Shown here: positions 9,401 to 18,320 of the stretch, one piece after another
Numbering within the stretch: the first letter of the stretch is position 1
Layout of the letters: each line of letters begins with the position of its first letter
Origin: Armatimonadia bacterium
GTDB lineage: Bacteria; Armatimonadota; Zipacnadia; Zipacnadales; UBA11051
Reading direction: 5' to 3'
Assembly (NCBI GenBank): GCA_039683575.1
Contig: JBDKRC010000040.1
Coordinates: 1-32,123 of the forward strand
Length of the DNA: 32,123 nucleotides
The notes under the pieces: generated by a model
What the model saw: only the letters and a program-made list of their open reading frames with translations
What the model was told of the DNA's origin: nothing
Database searches by the model: none
Translations under genes and position numbers: made by a program

Positions 9401-10320
9401 GACTGACGAACAACGAGAAGCTGCTGCACATTGCGAGCGAGGGGATGGCGGCGACGGCCAGCCAGAGCCCCAGCGGCAACGGCAAGAGCATCGCACAGCA
9501 GTTCTTCTTCACCCCGCAGGTGCTGGCGGAGCTGCAGCAGTGGTACGCCAAGACCATGCCGGACAAGGGCGCAACGGTGCTGGACGGCACTCCTGAAGCG
9601 ATGGCGGCGATGCTGATCCGAACGGCTACGAGCGAGCGGCACAATGTGCGGGCGCCCAATGTGAAGGTCTTCTTCGTGCGGCTGAAGAGGGATATCGCAG
9701 AGCTGACGCTGCAGCGCACGCCGCACGGGGCAATGATCAAAGTGGCTGACCAGGCGACGCTCAAGGCCTTGGACGCGTCGGGTAAGGTCGTGCAGCAGGC
9801 GACGTGCAGCACCGATGAGAAGGCGGAGATCAAGTGGACGCTGGTGGGCAAGGGCGCGCAGGTTTTCAAGATCGTCATAGACGACGACCAGCGCGGGGTA
9901 TGGACGCTCAGTGGGGCGGATCTGGACATTGTGGCGAAGACGGTGGAGGGCTTCCGCATCGGGGGCGTAGGGCGGTCGCGGTATTACTTCACGGTGCCGC
10001 AGGGGACGGCGGAGTTTTCGCTGAAGCTCCTGGGCGCGCACACCGGCGGGTACGGGGCAGTGGTGCTCGATCCGCAGGGCAAGCTGGTGGGGACCTTCCA
10101 GGGCACAAACACCGGTGGGGCGCTGATTCCCGGCGCCGCGGGCGGAACGGCAGCGGCGGGGCATCCGGAGTTGGGGACGTTGACGGTCAAGCCGGACGCG
10201 GCGCAGACGGGGAAGGTGTGGAGCGTAATACTGACGGCAGCGGGAGACATTGGGGTTGAGCTGGTGGGTGTGCCGCCGTACCTGGCGCTGTCGGCGGAGG
10301 ACTGGTTCCAGGGAGAGTAG
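6418..10320 (+). CDS. Large secreted protein with PcRGLX/YetA-like (exo-rhamnogalacturonan lyase-like) core
   Basis: 1300-aa ORF with signal peptide and Ca-binding-like DTDGDGISD motif. The N-terminal barrel carries SFGVPLPQG…WPDDSVKW, followed by GFLNYGDWFGERGRNWGNNEYD and an alpha-toroid. Confidence 0.7.
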   Translation: MRRLILPVLALCLLTPVFAATDTDGDGISDLIETELGLLPQVKQEFVLISESPNQGFTAAQATQNAPDILRFEAAHVGDNRVVFKVTFAHPVDFNGSTFIIYADLDGKPETGRADQYHGGTETMFAFSDRMMSLTMYPPSRENNTGARHAKDGNVLYVAVDFPFRRENGKVLLGAHLLSQRTEGKSDSTAQVMVQLPVSTATVPKLPLGTQGMSRALTDFRYYNDRVAYEKLEDKGLKAEQVTPKTPIVPGRERPEVKYASQGRQPGKAGNVDVRRVPVELLEEAGVARQAAVLSFGVPLPQGAVYSLDRIKLVDGSKEVPAQFAATAFWPDDSVKWVLVDATMALKAGERRGLEVVFGNKVSRAKQEGGLVVNRPGKEITVSPMSAMPSGGNELRSLLCRINTERFNLISQVWRGAALGGWVSSEKNPIVTGEPAGVTIVDEQGKKYSMGLGAPEEVVVEQQGPQKVVVRARGPYTAEDGSTYMRYLARLTFRASSPLVEVAVTTINDYLKTEFTDFGSVSLGLKANSALQGVTVYGEDGGKPKPVAGTAAVQLDETKMASGPGKGAGVVTWNGGGAVLHDFWQRWPKGISATGDQLTFDLLPAQPSADYGKDLPFYLMFPFVDGKYRLKWGMSFTERISFDFSGTMTPEELWAEAQKPVVPVIPAAWYAETKAMGTIAVPLGKQFAQWDKYVADAYKGYMEGKQRDREYGFLNYGDWFGERGRNWGNNEYDLAHGFFAQFARTGDRDLFRWAQIAAQHRADVETVWAYPDPYYVGANPQHSIGHTGMWTQDVERALWTYRYDSHVDATGGHNWTDGLMDCWYLTGEPRCMESGLAFGEHVAWAMAPAFKELGTHERSAGWSLRSIMAIYKATHDPVYLEAAKKIAYVAVNAQGPEGNWPHVLPKDHAGDSPGAIGNNLFLIGILLGGLQAYHEETQDPAVLKTLENGALWVARSWDEKAAGWPYSAKTDGTPVYRPSTGLNQLIIGPLAYVGRLTNNEKLLHIASEGMAATASQSPSGNGKSIAQQFFFTPQVLAELQQWYAKTMPDKGATVLDGTPEAMAAMLIRTATSERHNVRAPNVKVFFVRLKRDIAELTLQRTPHGAMIKVADQATLKALDASGKVVQQATCSTDEKAEIKWTLVGKGAQVFKIVIDDDQRGVWTLSGADLDIVAKTVEGFRIGGVGRSRYYFTVPQGTAEFSLKLLGAHTGGYGAVVLDPQGKLVGTFQGTNTGGALIPGAAGGTAAAGHPELGTLTVKPDAAQTGKVWSVILTAAGDIGVELVGVPPYLALSAEDWFQGE

Positions 10321-10362
10321 AGACGAGAACAGAAGAACAGAAAACGGAAAACAGACGGAGAG

Positions 10363-10388
10363 AGGGCCACGGCTATCGCCGTGGCCCT
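10363..10388. terminator. Intrinsic, probably bidirectional terminator
   Basis: Perfect 11-bp stem AGGGCCACGGC-tatc-GCCGTGGCCCT between convergent genes, with a pyrimidine/U-rich tract following on the minus strand. Confidence 0.7.
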
Positions 10389-10414
10389 TATAGCTGTGCA
10401 CGGGGTGAGAATGC

Positions 10415-11242
10415 CTAGACCAGTCTTCGCAAGAGGCTGAGGCCCTCTTGCAGTTCCTTGGGCGCAGCCTTGGGCTGGGGCAGAGACTGCGAAGCCAGGG
10501 ACCAGACCCAGTTGAGGACCAGAACACCGAGTGCGGCGACCGAGACGTAGATCATCAGGCCTCCGATGGTTCGGGTGTCGGGGTCCTTGGAGAATTTGAA
10601 CACGAGGCCCAGAAGCAGACCTAATGGCGCGGCGAAGAAGGAAGCGATCAGCAGGCCGGCTTGCGTGAAGGACGAGATGTGGATCAGATTTGGGGTCTCT
10701 CCGGCATCCACGCAGGCGATAGCGCAGTTGGTGCCCAGAAGGCGCTTGAGCTCACCAATGACGCACAGCAGGCCAGCGAGGGCGAGGAAAGCGGTGGTCA
10801 GGAACATGATGCGCGGGTCGGAGAAGACGTTGAGACCGAGGTCTTTGATCTCCTTGACGCTCAGGCCCTTGAGACTGGCCAGGCCGCCGGCTTGCTTGAG
10901 GTAGTTGCCGGCCATGACGGCGGCAACGATGGCCCCTACAAGTGCGATGGCGATGAGCACGGCCTGGGCGGGGCGCTGGGCGCGGAGCTTCTCGGCTTCC
11001 TGCTTGTCAAAGATGCGCAGGCGCTTTTCCTCCGCGTTCTCGCCTGGGAGAACCATCCCGGCAGCAGCGGGGTTAGCGACGGCGGCGGCCGGACTGGCCG
11101 GGCCGGAAGGGCCCCTGGCTTCTTTCTTCGCCTGCTCAACGATGTCGTGGCGCGCATCGATGAGATCGGCGCCGCAGTCCATGCAGACGACATCACTGGG
11201 GGCGACGCGGGAATGGCATTTCGGGCAGATGGTTGAACGCAT
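10415..11242 (-). CDS. Zinc-ribbon domain membrane protein of unknown function
   Basis: 275 aa with GAGG RBS, N-terminal CPKC…CMDC and about 4 hydrophobic helices. Confidence 0.8.
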   Translation of the reverse strand: MRSTICPKCHSRVAPSDVVCMDCGADLIDARHDIVEQAKKEARGPSGPASPAAAVANPAAAGMVLPGENAEEKRLRIFDKQEAEKLRAQRPAQAVLIAIALVGAIVAAVMAGNYLKQAGGLASLKGLSVKEIKDLGLNVFSDPRIMFLTTAFLALAGLLCVIGELKRLLGTNCAIACVDAGETPNLIHISSFTQAGLLIASFFAAPLGLLLGLVFKFSKDPDTRTIGGLMIYVSVAALGVLVLNWVWSLASQSLPQPKAAPKELQEGLSLLRRLV

Positions 11243-11479
11243 GTACTATCCTCGGTGGTCGGAAGAAGTGTTCGCGGGTGTTCGACGAACGGGCCAGACA
11301 TACCTTCCGGCGGGCCAAAAGAAACCTGCACAAAATCTCAAAACGGGGAAGGTGAGGGGGCGGGGGATGTGGAATTTGCGCGAGTCGCGGTAGCACACGG
11401 CACGGCACAGGCTCGTTGCCGCGTAAGGCCCTGCGAGCCGGAGAAGGCCCTGCGGGGGCCTGGGAGGCAGTTTTTCGTA

Positions 11480-13474
11480 GTGTCGGCAGTCAACACCACA
11501 ACTCCAGAGCACCCGCAGCCGGCACCGCCCTCCAAGCCCGAGGGCCTGTCGCTGCTCACGTTCTTGTTGTCCCTGGTCTTGCTCGCCCTGTCGCTGTTTT
11601 GGATGCTGCAGGCGGGCATGATCTCACAGGGCGTACAGCTCGGTGAGAGCGTACCGGTCATCCCGGCCCTTGGCGCGTTGCTGCTGCTGACGGTCGTGGG
11701 GCTGGCGCTGCGGCGCTTCAGCAGCACGCTACGCCTGTCGCAGGGCCAGGTGCTGTACGTCTACGCGTTCCTGTGCATCGGCGTCACGATGAACTCAGTG
11801 GGTGTGGCGCGGCTGCTGTTTCCGAACATCACTGCGGTTTACTACTTCCAGACGCCGGAGAATGACTTCGCGGAATTGCAGCGCTACATACCGTCCTGGC
11901 TCGCGCCGCAGGACGCGCGGGCTATCCAGGACATGTACGAGGGAGCCGACGACGGCCGTATTCCGTGGCGGCCCTGGCTCGTCCCGCTGACATCCTGGCT
12001 GCTTTTCATGACCGCGTTCTTCGTGTCCATGCTGGGGCTGATGGCGCTGTTCCGTCGGCAGTGGATGGACAAGGAACGTCTGACGTTCCCAATTGCCCAG
12101 TTGGCCATTGACATCTCGGACCAGGAAGGCCGACACATCATCGGCGGATTCTTTGGCAATCCGCTGATGTGGATCGGCTTCACGATCGCGTGTTTGTTCA
12201 ACATTGGGAATATTCTGCACGCATGGAACCCGGCGATACCGGCCATGGGGCAGAATTATGATATTGGGCGGCTGTTCACCGAGCGGCCGCTGTCGTCGAT
12301 CCGGCCGCTGATGATCGCGTGGCGCCCTGAGAACATCGGCCTGGGGTATCTGGTGTCCACCGAGATCACTTTCTCGGTGTGGGTGTTCTATCTGGCGCTG
12401 CGGATCGCAAGCGTGCTGGTGGCAGCCAGCGGGTACCAGATTTCGGGCTTCCCTTTTGAGCGAGAACAGTCGTTCGGGGCGTATGTGGCGCTGGGGTTGT
12501 TCCTGATCTGGGTGGGGCGGCATCAACTGCGCGACATCATCGTCGGCGCCTTCAGTCGCCGGAAGCTGGACGATCAGAATGAGCCGTTGTCGCACCGCCA
12601 GGCCGTGCTGATGGCGTTTGGCGGGTTTGGCTTCATGGTTGCTTTTGCCATGAAGGCAGGCATGTGGTGGTGGACGGCGCTTATCTTCTTCGGGCTGATC
12701 ATGCTGTTCGCGCTGGTATACGCGCGGGCCCGGGCTGAAGCGGGCGCGGCGATGGTATGGCTGTTCCCGTTCTATCTGCACAAGCAGATGATGATCTACA
12801 TCGGTGGTTCTCGGCTCTTTTCCAACGGCCGGGATTTCGGGAACCTTACAATATTCTCAACCTTTATGTTCCTGTCGCGCGGTTTCCTGCAGTCCACCAT
12901 GGCCTACCAGGTGGAGAGCAGCAAATTGGCGCAAGAAGCGAACCTGCGCCAGCGCACGATGGCATATTGGCTGATCGCGGCCCTGGTCATCGGCACGATC
13001 GGGGCGTACGCCACCCACCTCCATGCATACTATATGCACGGAGCGAATATCCTGGATGGCGGCACAACGCAGGGCGGATACCGGGTAACGCTCGCGCGGA
13101 CGGAGTTCGAGGAGCTTTCGGGCTTCATGAAGTCTCACCGCCCGCCTGACGCCCAGCGCACCGCCGCAGGCGTCTCAGGAGCGCTGATGGTGGCGGCGCT
13201 GGTCACTCTGCGCACGTACTTCCTGCGTTTCCCGCTGCATCCGCTCGGGTTCGCCATGGTTACCGCGTACGGTGGGCCGCTGTGGGGGCCGTTCCTGCTG
13301 GTGTGGCTGACCAAGAGTATTATCTTGCGGATTGGCGGAATGAGGGCCTACAAGCGCCTGGTGCCGTTCTTCATGGGGCTGATTGTGGGCCACTTCTTCC
13401 TGTCCGGGTTGATCTGGGGTTGGCTGAGTATCTTCAATGAGATGTATCGCCGTTACGTGGTGTTCTTCGGTTAG
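11480..13474 (+). CDS. DUF6785/DUF6784-type polytopic membrane protein (putative transporter), paralog 1
   Basis: Many TM helices. Motifs RRQWMDKERLTFP and FPLHPLGF. Start moved to GTG 11480, downstream of GGGAGG at 11462-11467. Confidence 0.75.
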   Translation: MSAVNTTTPEHPQPAPPSKPEGLSLLTFLLSLVLLALSLFWMLQAGMISQGVQLGESVPVIPALGALLLLTVVGLALRRFSSTLRLSQGQVLYVYAFLCIGVTMNSVGVARLLFPNITAVYYFQTPENDFAELQRYIPSWLAPQDARAIQDMYEGADDGRIPWRPWLVPLTSWLLFMTAFFVSMLGLMALFRRQWMDKERLTFPIAQLAIDISDQEGRHIIGGFFGNPLMWIGFTIACLFNIGNILHAWNPAIPAMGQNYDIGRLFTERPLSSIRPLMIAWRPENIGLGYLVSTEITFSVWVFYLALRIASVLVAASGYQISGFPFEREQSFGAYVALGLFLIWVGRHQLRDIIVGAFSRRKLDDQNEPLSHRQAVLMAFGGFGFMVAFAMKAGMWWWTALIFFGLIMLFALVYARARAEAGAAMVWLFPFYLHKQMMIYIGGSRLFSNGRDFGNLTIFSTFMFLSRGFLQSTMAYQVESSKLAQEANLRQRTMAYWLIAALVIGTIGAYATHLHAYYMHGANILDGGTTQGGYRVTLARTEFEELSGFMKSHRPPDAQRTAAGVSGALMVAALVTLRTYFLRFPLHPLGFAMVTAYGGPLWGPFLLVWLTKSIILRIGGMRAYKRLVPFFMGLIVGHFFLSGLIWGWLSIFNEMYRRYVVFFG

Positions 13475-13560
13475 CGTTGTGATGCGGTGACAAACAGTGT
13501 CCACAGGATGGCCACTGGTCAGAACTGCTGCCCCCGCGGGCCGGCAGAGGAGAGATACGG

Positions 13561-16500
13561 ATGGTTTTAGTAAGCAGCAGCAAGTCGCGTTTGGCATTCA
13601 TGGCTCTGATCGCCCTGCTGGCGGTGAGCACAGCCTTCGCGGCAGGGATAGACTATGAGAACGTTGCCGCCGGTTTGGACATGAACCGGATCAGCGCGGA
13701 CATCCGGGCCTTTGAGGGCCTGGGCTCGCGCGTCGTCGGCTATCCCGGCAACGCCCGCGCGGCAGACATGATTACCCAGCGCTTCAAGGACCTTGGCCTG
13801 GAGACCATGGTGCAGGACTACGACCTGCCCAGTGCGGTGGACGCGGGCAGCACCCTGTCGATCAATGGCGACAGCTACGAGCTTTCCGCGTTGTGGCCGA
13901 ACCACGTGCGCACCTGCCAGGTTCCTGCCAACGGCCTCACCGGGCCGGTCATCTACGTGGGCCATGGCAGCCTCGCCGACTTCAATGGCAAGGACACCAA
14001 CGGCGCGATCGTGCTGATGGACTTCAACACCCAGCAGAACTGGCTCAACGCGCCGCTGCTGAATGCCGCCGCTGTTGTTTTCGTCGAGCCGACGAGCATG
14101 ACGCGCGGCGAGGCGGAGATGAAGTTCCTGCGCGCGCCGATCAACGTGCCGCGGTTCTATGTCCGTGGCTCGGAAGCTTCACAGATCCTGGCGGCGGTGG
14201 CCGAGGGTAGCGCGACGGGCACGATCAAGTCGGCGGAGCCAATCGCGTGGCGCAGCACCCTCAACCGCAACATCATCGGCATCATGCCCGGCCGGGACCC
14301 GAACTTGCGCGAGGAAGCGATCATCCTCGAGGCATACTACGTTTCGGTATCCATCGTACCGCGGCTGGCACCGGGCGCCGAGAACGCGACTGGTATCGCG
14401 AAGATGCTTGAACTGTCCCGCCAGTTCAAGGCCAACCAGCCGGCGCGCACTGTCATCTTCCTGGCCTGCAGCGGCCACTTCCAGGCGCTTGCCGGGGCCA
14501 GGGAGTTCCAGGCGCTCTGGGGGCGTGAGCCCCGCAAAGAGAAGAACCGGCTTGACCAGCAGAAGGCTCTCAACAAGGAACTCGCGGAGTTGCAGCGGCT
14601 GAAGGACAAGCTCACGCGCGACCTGCAGAGTCTCAGCGAACGCTACGCCGCGGCCACACCCCAGGAGAAGACATACTTCAAGAACGTTGTGAACATCGGC
14701 GAGCTTGAGCTTAGCCCTGAGGCGGCTCAGATCCGGCTTGAGCGCCTGGATAGGGATATTCTCCGCAAGCAGAACGAGGTCAAGATCTGGGATCGCCTCA
14801 ATCAGATCGGCAAGATACAACTCTTTGTCGGCCTTGATCTGAGCAGCCGTAGCGAGCAGTTCGGCCCGTTCCAGTCGGGTTGGTACTACAACCAGTCCCA
14901 CCTGCTGCGGTTCTATTCGCCGCTGGGCAAGCAACTCATGGAATATGCCTCCGGCGCCGCCGAGGCCCTGGGGTATGCGGTAGGCAACACGTTTGTGGAT
15001 GGCATCAACCCCGTCAAGGGCCGTGAATGGAGCACGTTCTTCCCGGGTAAGGTCGCCTTCGACCACGAGATGATCATCCGCGGCGGGCGTCCGGCAATCG
15101 TCTTTGCGACGGTTAACGACAGCCGCTCGCTGATGGACACGCCTCTGGACACTTCCAACAACATTGACGTGGACAACCTCACGACTCAGGTGCGCATGCT
15201 CACCTGCGTGCTGAGCGAGTTTGTCAGCGATGAGACCCTCGACGACAAAGCCCTCAAGCGGATCGCGGCTCTGAAGAAGATGGATGACCTCAAGGACATC
15301 ATCGGCACGATCCTTGAGTTCCGCCGCCGCGACAGCTTCATCCCCAGCACTCCCGTGCCGGGCTCGCTGGTCGTCATCCAGGGCAACTACCGGATGATGA
15401 TGGGCGTGCACACCGAAGTCATGACCATGGCCAATGAAACGAGCGAGTTTGCGCTCCGTGGCGAGACGGGAGCCGGGCAGCTTGAGGCTTACAATTTCGA
15501 CCCGACGACGGGTGATATCAACTACGCGCCCGACATGGGGCCCGACGGCGACAAGAAGTACCCGCGTGCGGTCTCTGGACGCGCTGGCCTAAAGCGCCCG
15601 GTCATCGTTTTTGCGTGTGTTCCGACTGACCTTTACGACCTTGTGGATGAGCGCTACTTCCAGACGCTGCAGAAGATCTTCATCTATGACGCCAAGGACT
15701 ACTCGGAGCCGATCTCGTTCGGCTACTCGCTCTCATCGATGGGTGCCTCAGCGGCAGAGTTCCCGTCCTACGTGGAGCCCACGGCCGTCATCTTCTCGCT
15801 GCCTGACGTTGACCTGCAGGTCACGATGAGCATGGGCCTTCTGGGTCGGCGCCTGGCGCTGATCAACGCCACCGACGAGCGACCGACGGGGGCCGGGTTC
15901 CCGGTCACCCAGACGCCACGGATCGCCTTCACCCCGCTGCAGGTCGGGCAGGACATGTGGAAGATTGACGAGTTCCGCATGAAGCGGCTGCGGGCGCGCG
16001 GTATCCAGAACTCTCGCCTGGAGAAGCTGCACGCGGATGCCGCCACTGCACTTACTCTGGCCAAGCAGGAGCTTCAGGCCAAGCGCTACGACAAGTGTCT
16101 GACAGCCGCGCGCCATGCCTGGGGCTATGAGTCCCGCGCCTACCCGGATGTACAGCAGACGGCCATTGACGTGGTAAAGGGCGTGCTGTTTTACCTGGCC
16201 ATGCTCCTGCCGTTCGCTTACTTCGGGGAGCGACTGCTGATCTCGTCACGTACTGTCGTCGGGATGATCGTTGGCACGCTTGTGGTGTTCCTGGTGGTGT
16301 TCTTCGCGTTAGCCATGGTGCATCCGGCTTTCACGTTGACGGCTAATCCACCGATTATCCTATTAGCATTCATCATCATGGCCCTGGCGGTCATGGTGAT
16401 CAGCATCGTCACGATGAAGTTCAACGAGCAACTCAAGGCGATGAAGCAGGCTCGCGGCGGCGTGCACGAGGCAGACGTAGGCCGTCTGTCGGCGGCGGCG

Positions 16501-18285
16501 GCTGCCTTCAGCCTTGGTATCGCGAACATGCGCCGGCGCAAGCTGCGCACCGGGCTCACTGCCACCACGCTGATCCTGCTCACCTTCACGGTACTGAGCT
16601 TCACCTCCGTGCGCGAAAGCCTGCGCACCAACGAGATCCTGCTGACGACGTCTCCCGGCTACCAGGGCATGATGCTGCGTGACCGCGCGTGGCTCTCGCT
16701 TGAGGAGCCGACGGCGGACATTCTGACCAACGAGCTGTCCAAGGTTGGCACGGTGACCTCCCGGGCCTGGTTCACCTCGGCGCAGGTGGACAAAGAGCTC
16801 ATGATCGACGTCACCAATGCCGCTGACAACACGAAGAAGTACGTCGTGAGCTGCATCCTGGGGCTGTCGCCGCAGGAAGAGAAGGTCATGAACGTCGACA
16901 AGTTCGTGGTGGGCGGGCGCTGGTTCAAGCCGGGCGACAAGGACGTGTGTCTGCTGCCGACCGGCATAGCGGAAGCGCTGGGCGTCACGACCGAGCAACT
17001 GGGCTCGGCGCAGGTGCAGATCTTCGGCACCAGCTTCCGGGTAGTCGGCCTCATCAGCGAGGACCAGATGCGCAAGCTGCGCGACCTCGATGGCGAGCCA
17101 ATGATGCCCGTCAACTACGCGCAGTTGCGGCCTGAGGTACTGAAGGAGCTTCAGCGCCAGGCAGAGCAGCGTTCGCAGCTTGGCGCGAGCAGCGCCGAGT
17201 CGCTGCTGCAGGAGTACAAGCACTTCGGTCCCGAGAAGCTCGTGGTGCTGCCATACGAGACGACGCTGGAGCTTGGTGGCACGCTGCGCTCGCTGGCGGT
17301 GCAGTTCAACGATCCGAAGGAGGTCCTGCCGACGGTGCAGCGCATGATGAACCGCATCGCGCTGAGCCTTTACGCCGGGTATGGAGACAAGACATTCCTA
17401 TTCAGTTCAGTCAGCACCGCTTCGTTCTCCGGGCTGCAGCAACTCGCAATCCCGATCATCATCGCGGCGCTGATCGTGCTTAACACCATGCTCGGGTCGG
17501 TGCATGAACGCGTACGTGAGATTGGTATCTACAGCTCGCTGGGCCTCGCGCCCGTGCACGTGTCCATGCTGTTCCTTGCTGAAGCTTCGGTGTTCGCCAA
17601 TCTCGGTGCCATTCTCGGGTACCTCATGGGACAGGTGATCACCAAGGTGCTCTATGCGACAGGCAGCATGCATGGCATTGAGCTTAACTACAGCTCAATG
17701 TCAGCCGTGAGCGTCACCGTGATCGTTATCGTGGTGGTGCTGTTGTCCACGCTGTACCCGTCGAAGAAGGCTGGCGAGATTGCCTCTCCGGGCATCGACC
17801 GCAAGTGGTCATTGCCGGATCCCGTTGGAGACCTGATGACGGTCATCCTGCCCTTCACGGTAACCGGGCGCGATGCCTGGGGTGTGACCGCGTTCCTCAA
17901 GGAATTCTTCGATGAGTATGTCGGCTATGCCGGCGGGGAATTCCTGGCCGAAGATGTGCGCCTGCTGCCTTCGGATCACGAGCACGGCAAGGGGCTGACG
18001 GTTGCGCTGCGCATGTGGCTTGCACCGTACGACCTCGGCGTTAGCCAGGGGTTCCGCTTGTCCTGTGAGCCAACCGAGGATAGCAACATCTACAACATCG
18101 TGCTGCGTCTGGACCGGCTGGCGGGCGACATCACGTCCTGGAAGAAGACCAACACGCTCTTCCTGGGCGGCATCCGCAAGCAGTTCCTGATCTGGCGCAC
18201 CGTGCCGGTCTCGGAGAAGGGATCATACGCAGAACGCGCCGACCGAATCCTGCGCGGCGAAGAGCCTGAGGAAGAAGTGTCCTAG
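13561..18285 (+). CDS. M28-peptidase-like/PA domain fused to FtsX/MacB-type ABC permease
   Basis: 1574 aa with signal peptide. M28-like elements GSRVVGYPG, NIIG..PG and APGAE..TG. Permease elements NMRRRKLRTGLT and SVHERVREIGIYSSLGL (FtsX C-terminal motif). Confidence 0.8.
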   Translation: MVLVSSSKSRLAFMALIALLAVSTAFAAGIDYENVAAGLDMNRISADIRAFEGLGSRVVGYPGNARAADMITQRFKDLGLETMVQDYDLPSAVDAGSTLSINGDSYELSALWPNHVRTCQVPANGLTGPVIYVGHGSLADFNGKDTNGAIVLMDFNTQQNWLNAPLLNAAAVVFVEPTSMTRGEAEMKFLRAPINVPRFYVRGSEASQILAAVAEGSATGTIKSAEPIAWRSTLNRNIIGIMPGRDPNLREEAIILEAYYVSVSIVPRLAPGAENATGIAKMLELSRQFKANQPARTVIFLACSGHFQALAGAREFQALWGREPRKEKNRLDQQKALNKELAELQRLKDKLTRDLQSLSERYAAATPQEKTYFKNVVNIGELELSPEAAQIRLERLDRDILRKQNEVKIWDRLNQIGKIQLFVGLDLSSRSEQFGPFQSGWYYNQSHLLRFYSPLGKQLMEYASGAAEALGYAVGNTFVDGINPVKGREWSTFFPGKVAFDHEMIIRGGRPAIVFATVNDSRSLMDTPLDTSNNIDVDNLTTQVRMLTCVLSEFVSDETLDDKALKRIAALKKMDDLKDIIGTILEFRRRDSFIPSTPVPGSLVVIQGNYRMMMGVHTEVMTMANETSEFALRGETGAGQLEAYNFDPTTGDINYAPDMGPDGDKKYPRAVSGRAGLKRPVIVFACVPTDLYDLVDERYFQTLQKIFIYDAKDYSEPISFGYSLSSMGASAAEFPSYVEPTAVIFSLPDVDLQVTMSMGLLGRRLALINATDERPTGAGFPVTQTPRIAFTPLQVGQDMWKIDEFRMKRLRARGIQNSRLEKLHADAATALTLAKQELQAKRYDKCLTAARHAWGYESRAYPDVQQTAIDVVKGVLFYLAMLLPFAYFGERLLISSRTVVGMIVGTLVVFLVVFFALAMVHPAFTLTANPPIILLAFIIMALAVMVISIVTMKFNEQLKAMKQARGGVHEADVGRLSAAAAAFSLGIANMRRRKLRTGLTATTLILLTFTVLSFTSVRESLRTNEILLTTSPGYQGMMLRDRAWLSLEEPTADILTNELSKVGTVTSRAWFTSAQVDKELMIDVTNAADNTKKYVVSCILGLSPQEEKVMNVDKFVVGGRWFKPGDKDVCLLPTGIAEALGVTTEQLGSAQVQIFGTSFRVVGLISEDQMRKLRDLDGEPMMPVNYAQLRPEVLKELQRQAEQRSQLGASSAESLLQEYKHFGPEKLVVLPYETTLELGGTLRSLAVQFNDPKEVLPTVQRMMNRIALSLYAGYGDKTFLFSSVSTASFSGLQQLAIPIIIAALIVLNTMLGSVHERVREIGIYSSLGLAPVHVSMLFLAEASVFANLGAILGYLMGQVITKVLYATGSMHGIELNYSSMSAVSVTVIVIVVVLLSTLYPSKKAGEIASPGIDRKWSLPDPVGDLMTVILPFTVTGRDAWGVTAFLKEFFDEYVGYAGGEFLAEDVRLLPSDHEHGKGLTVALRMWLAPYDLGVSQGFRLSCEPTEDSNIYNIVLRLDRLAGDITSWKKTNTLFLGGIRKQFLIWRTVPVSEKGSYAERADRILRGEEPEEEVS

Positions 18286-18320
18286 CGCCGCCGAAGGCTC
18301 CTAACTTGCGAACCCAACTG

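Noticed and set aside
8374-10527. 717-aa minus-strand ORF and the many other overlapping ORFs (e.g. 3215-4549, 14179-15411, 25323-26279, 30480-31388)
   Set aside because: These are antisense or alternate-frame shadows of well-supported genes, typical of high-GC DNA. They are Arg/Pro/His-rich with no recognisable motifs.
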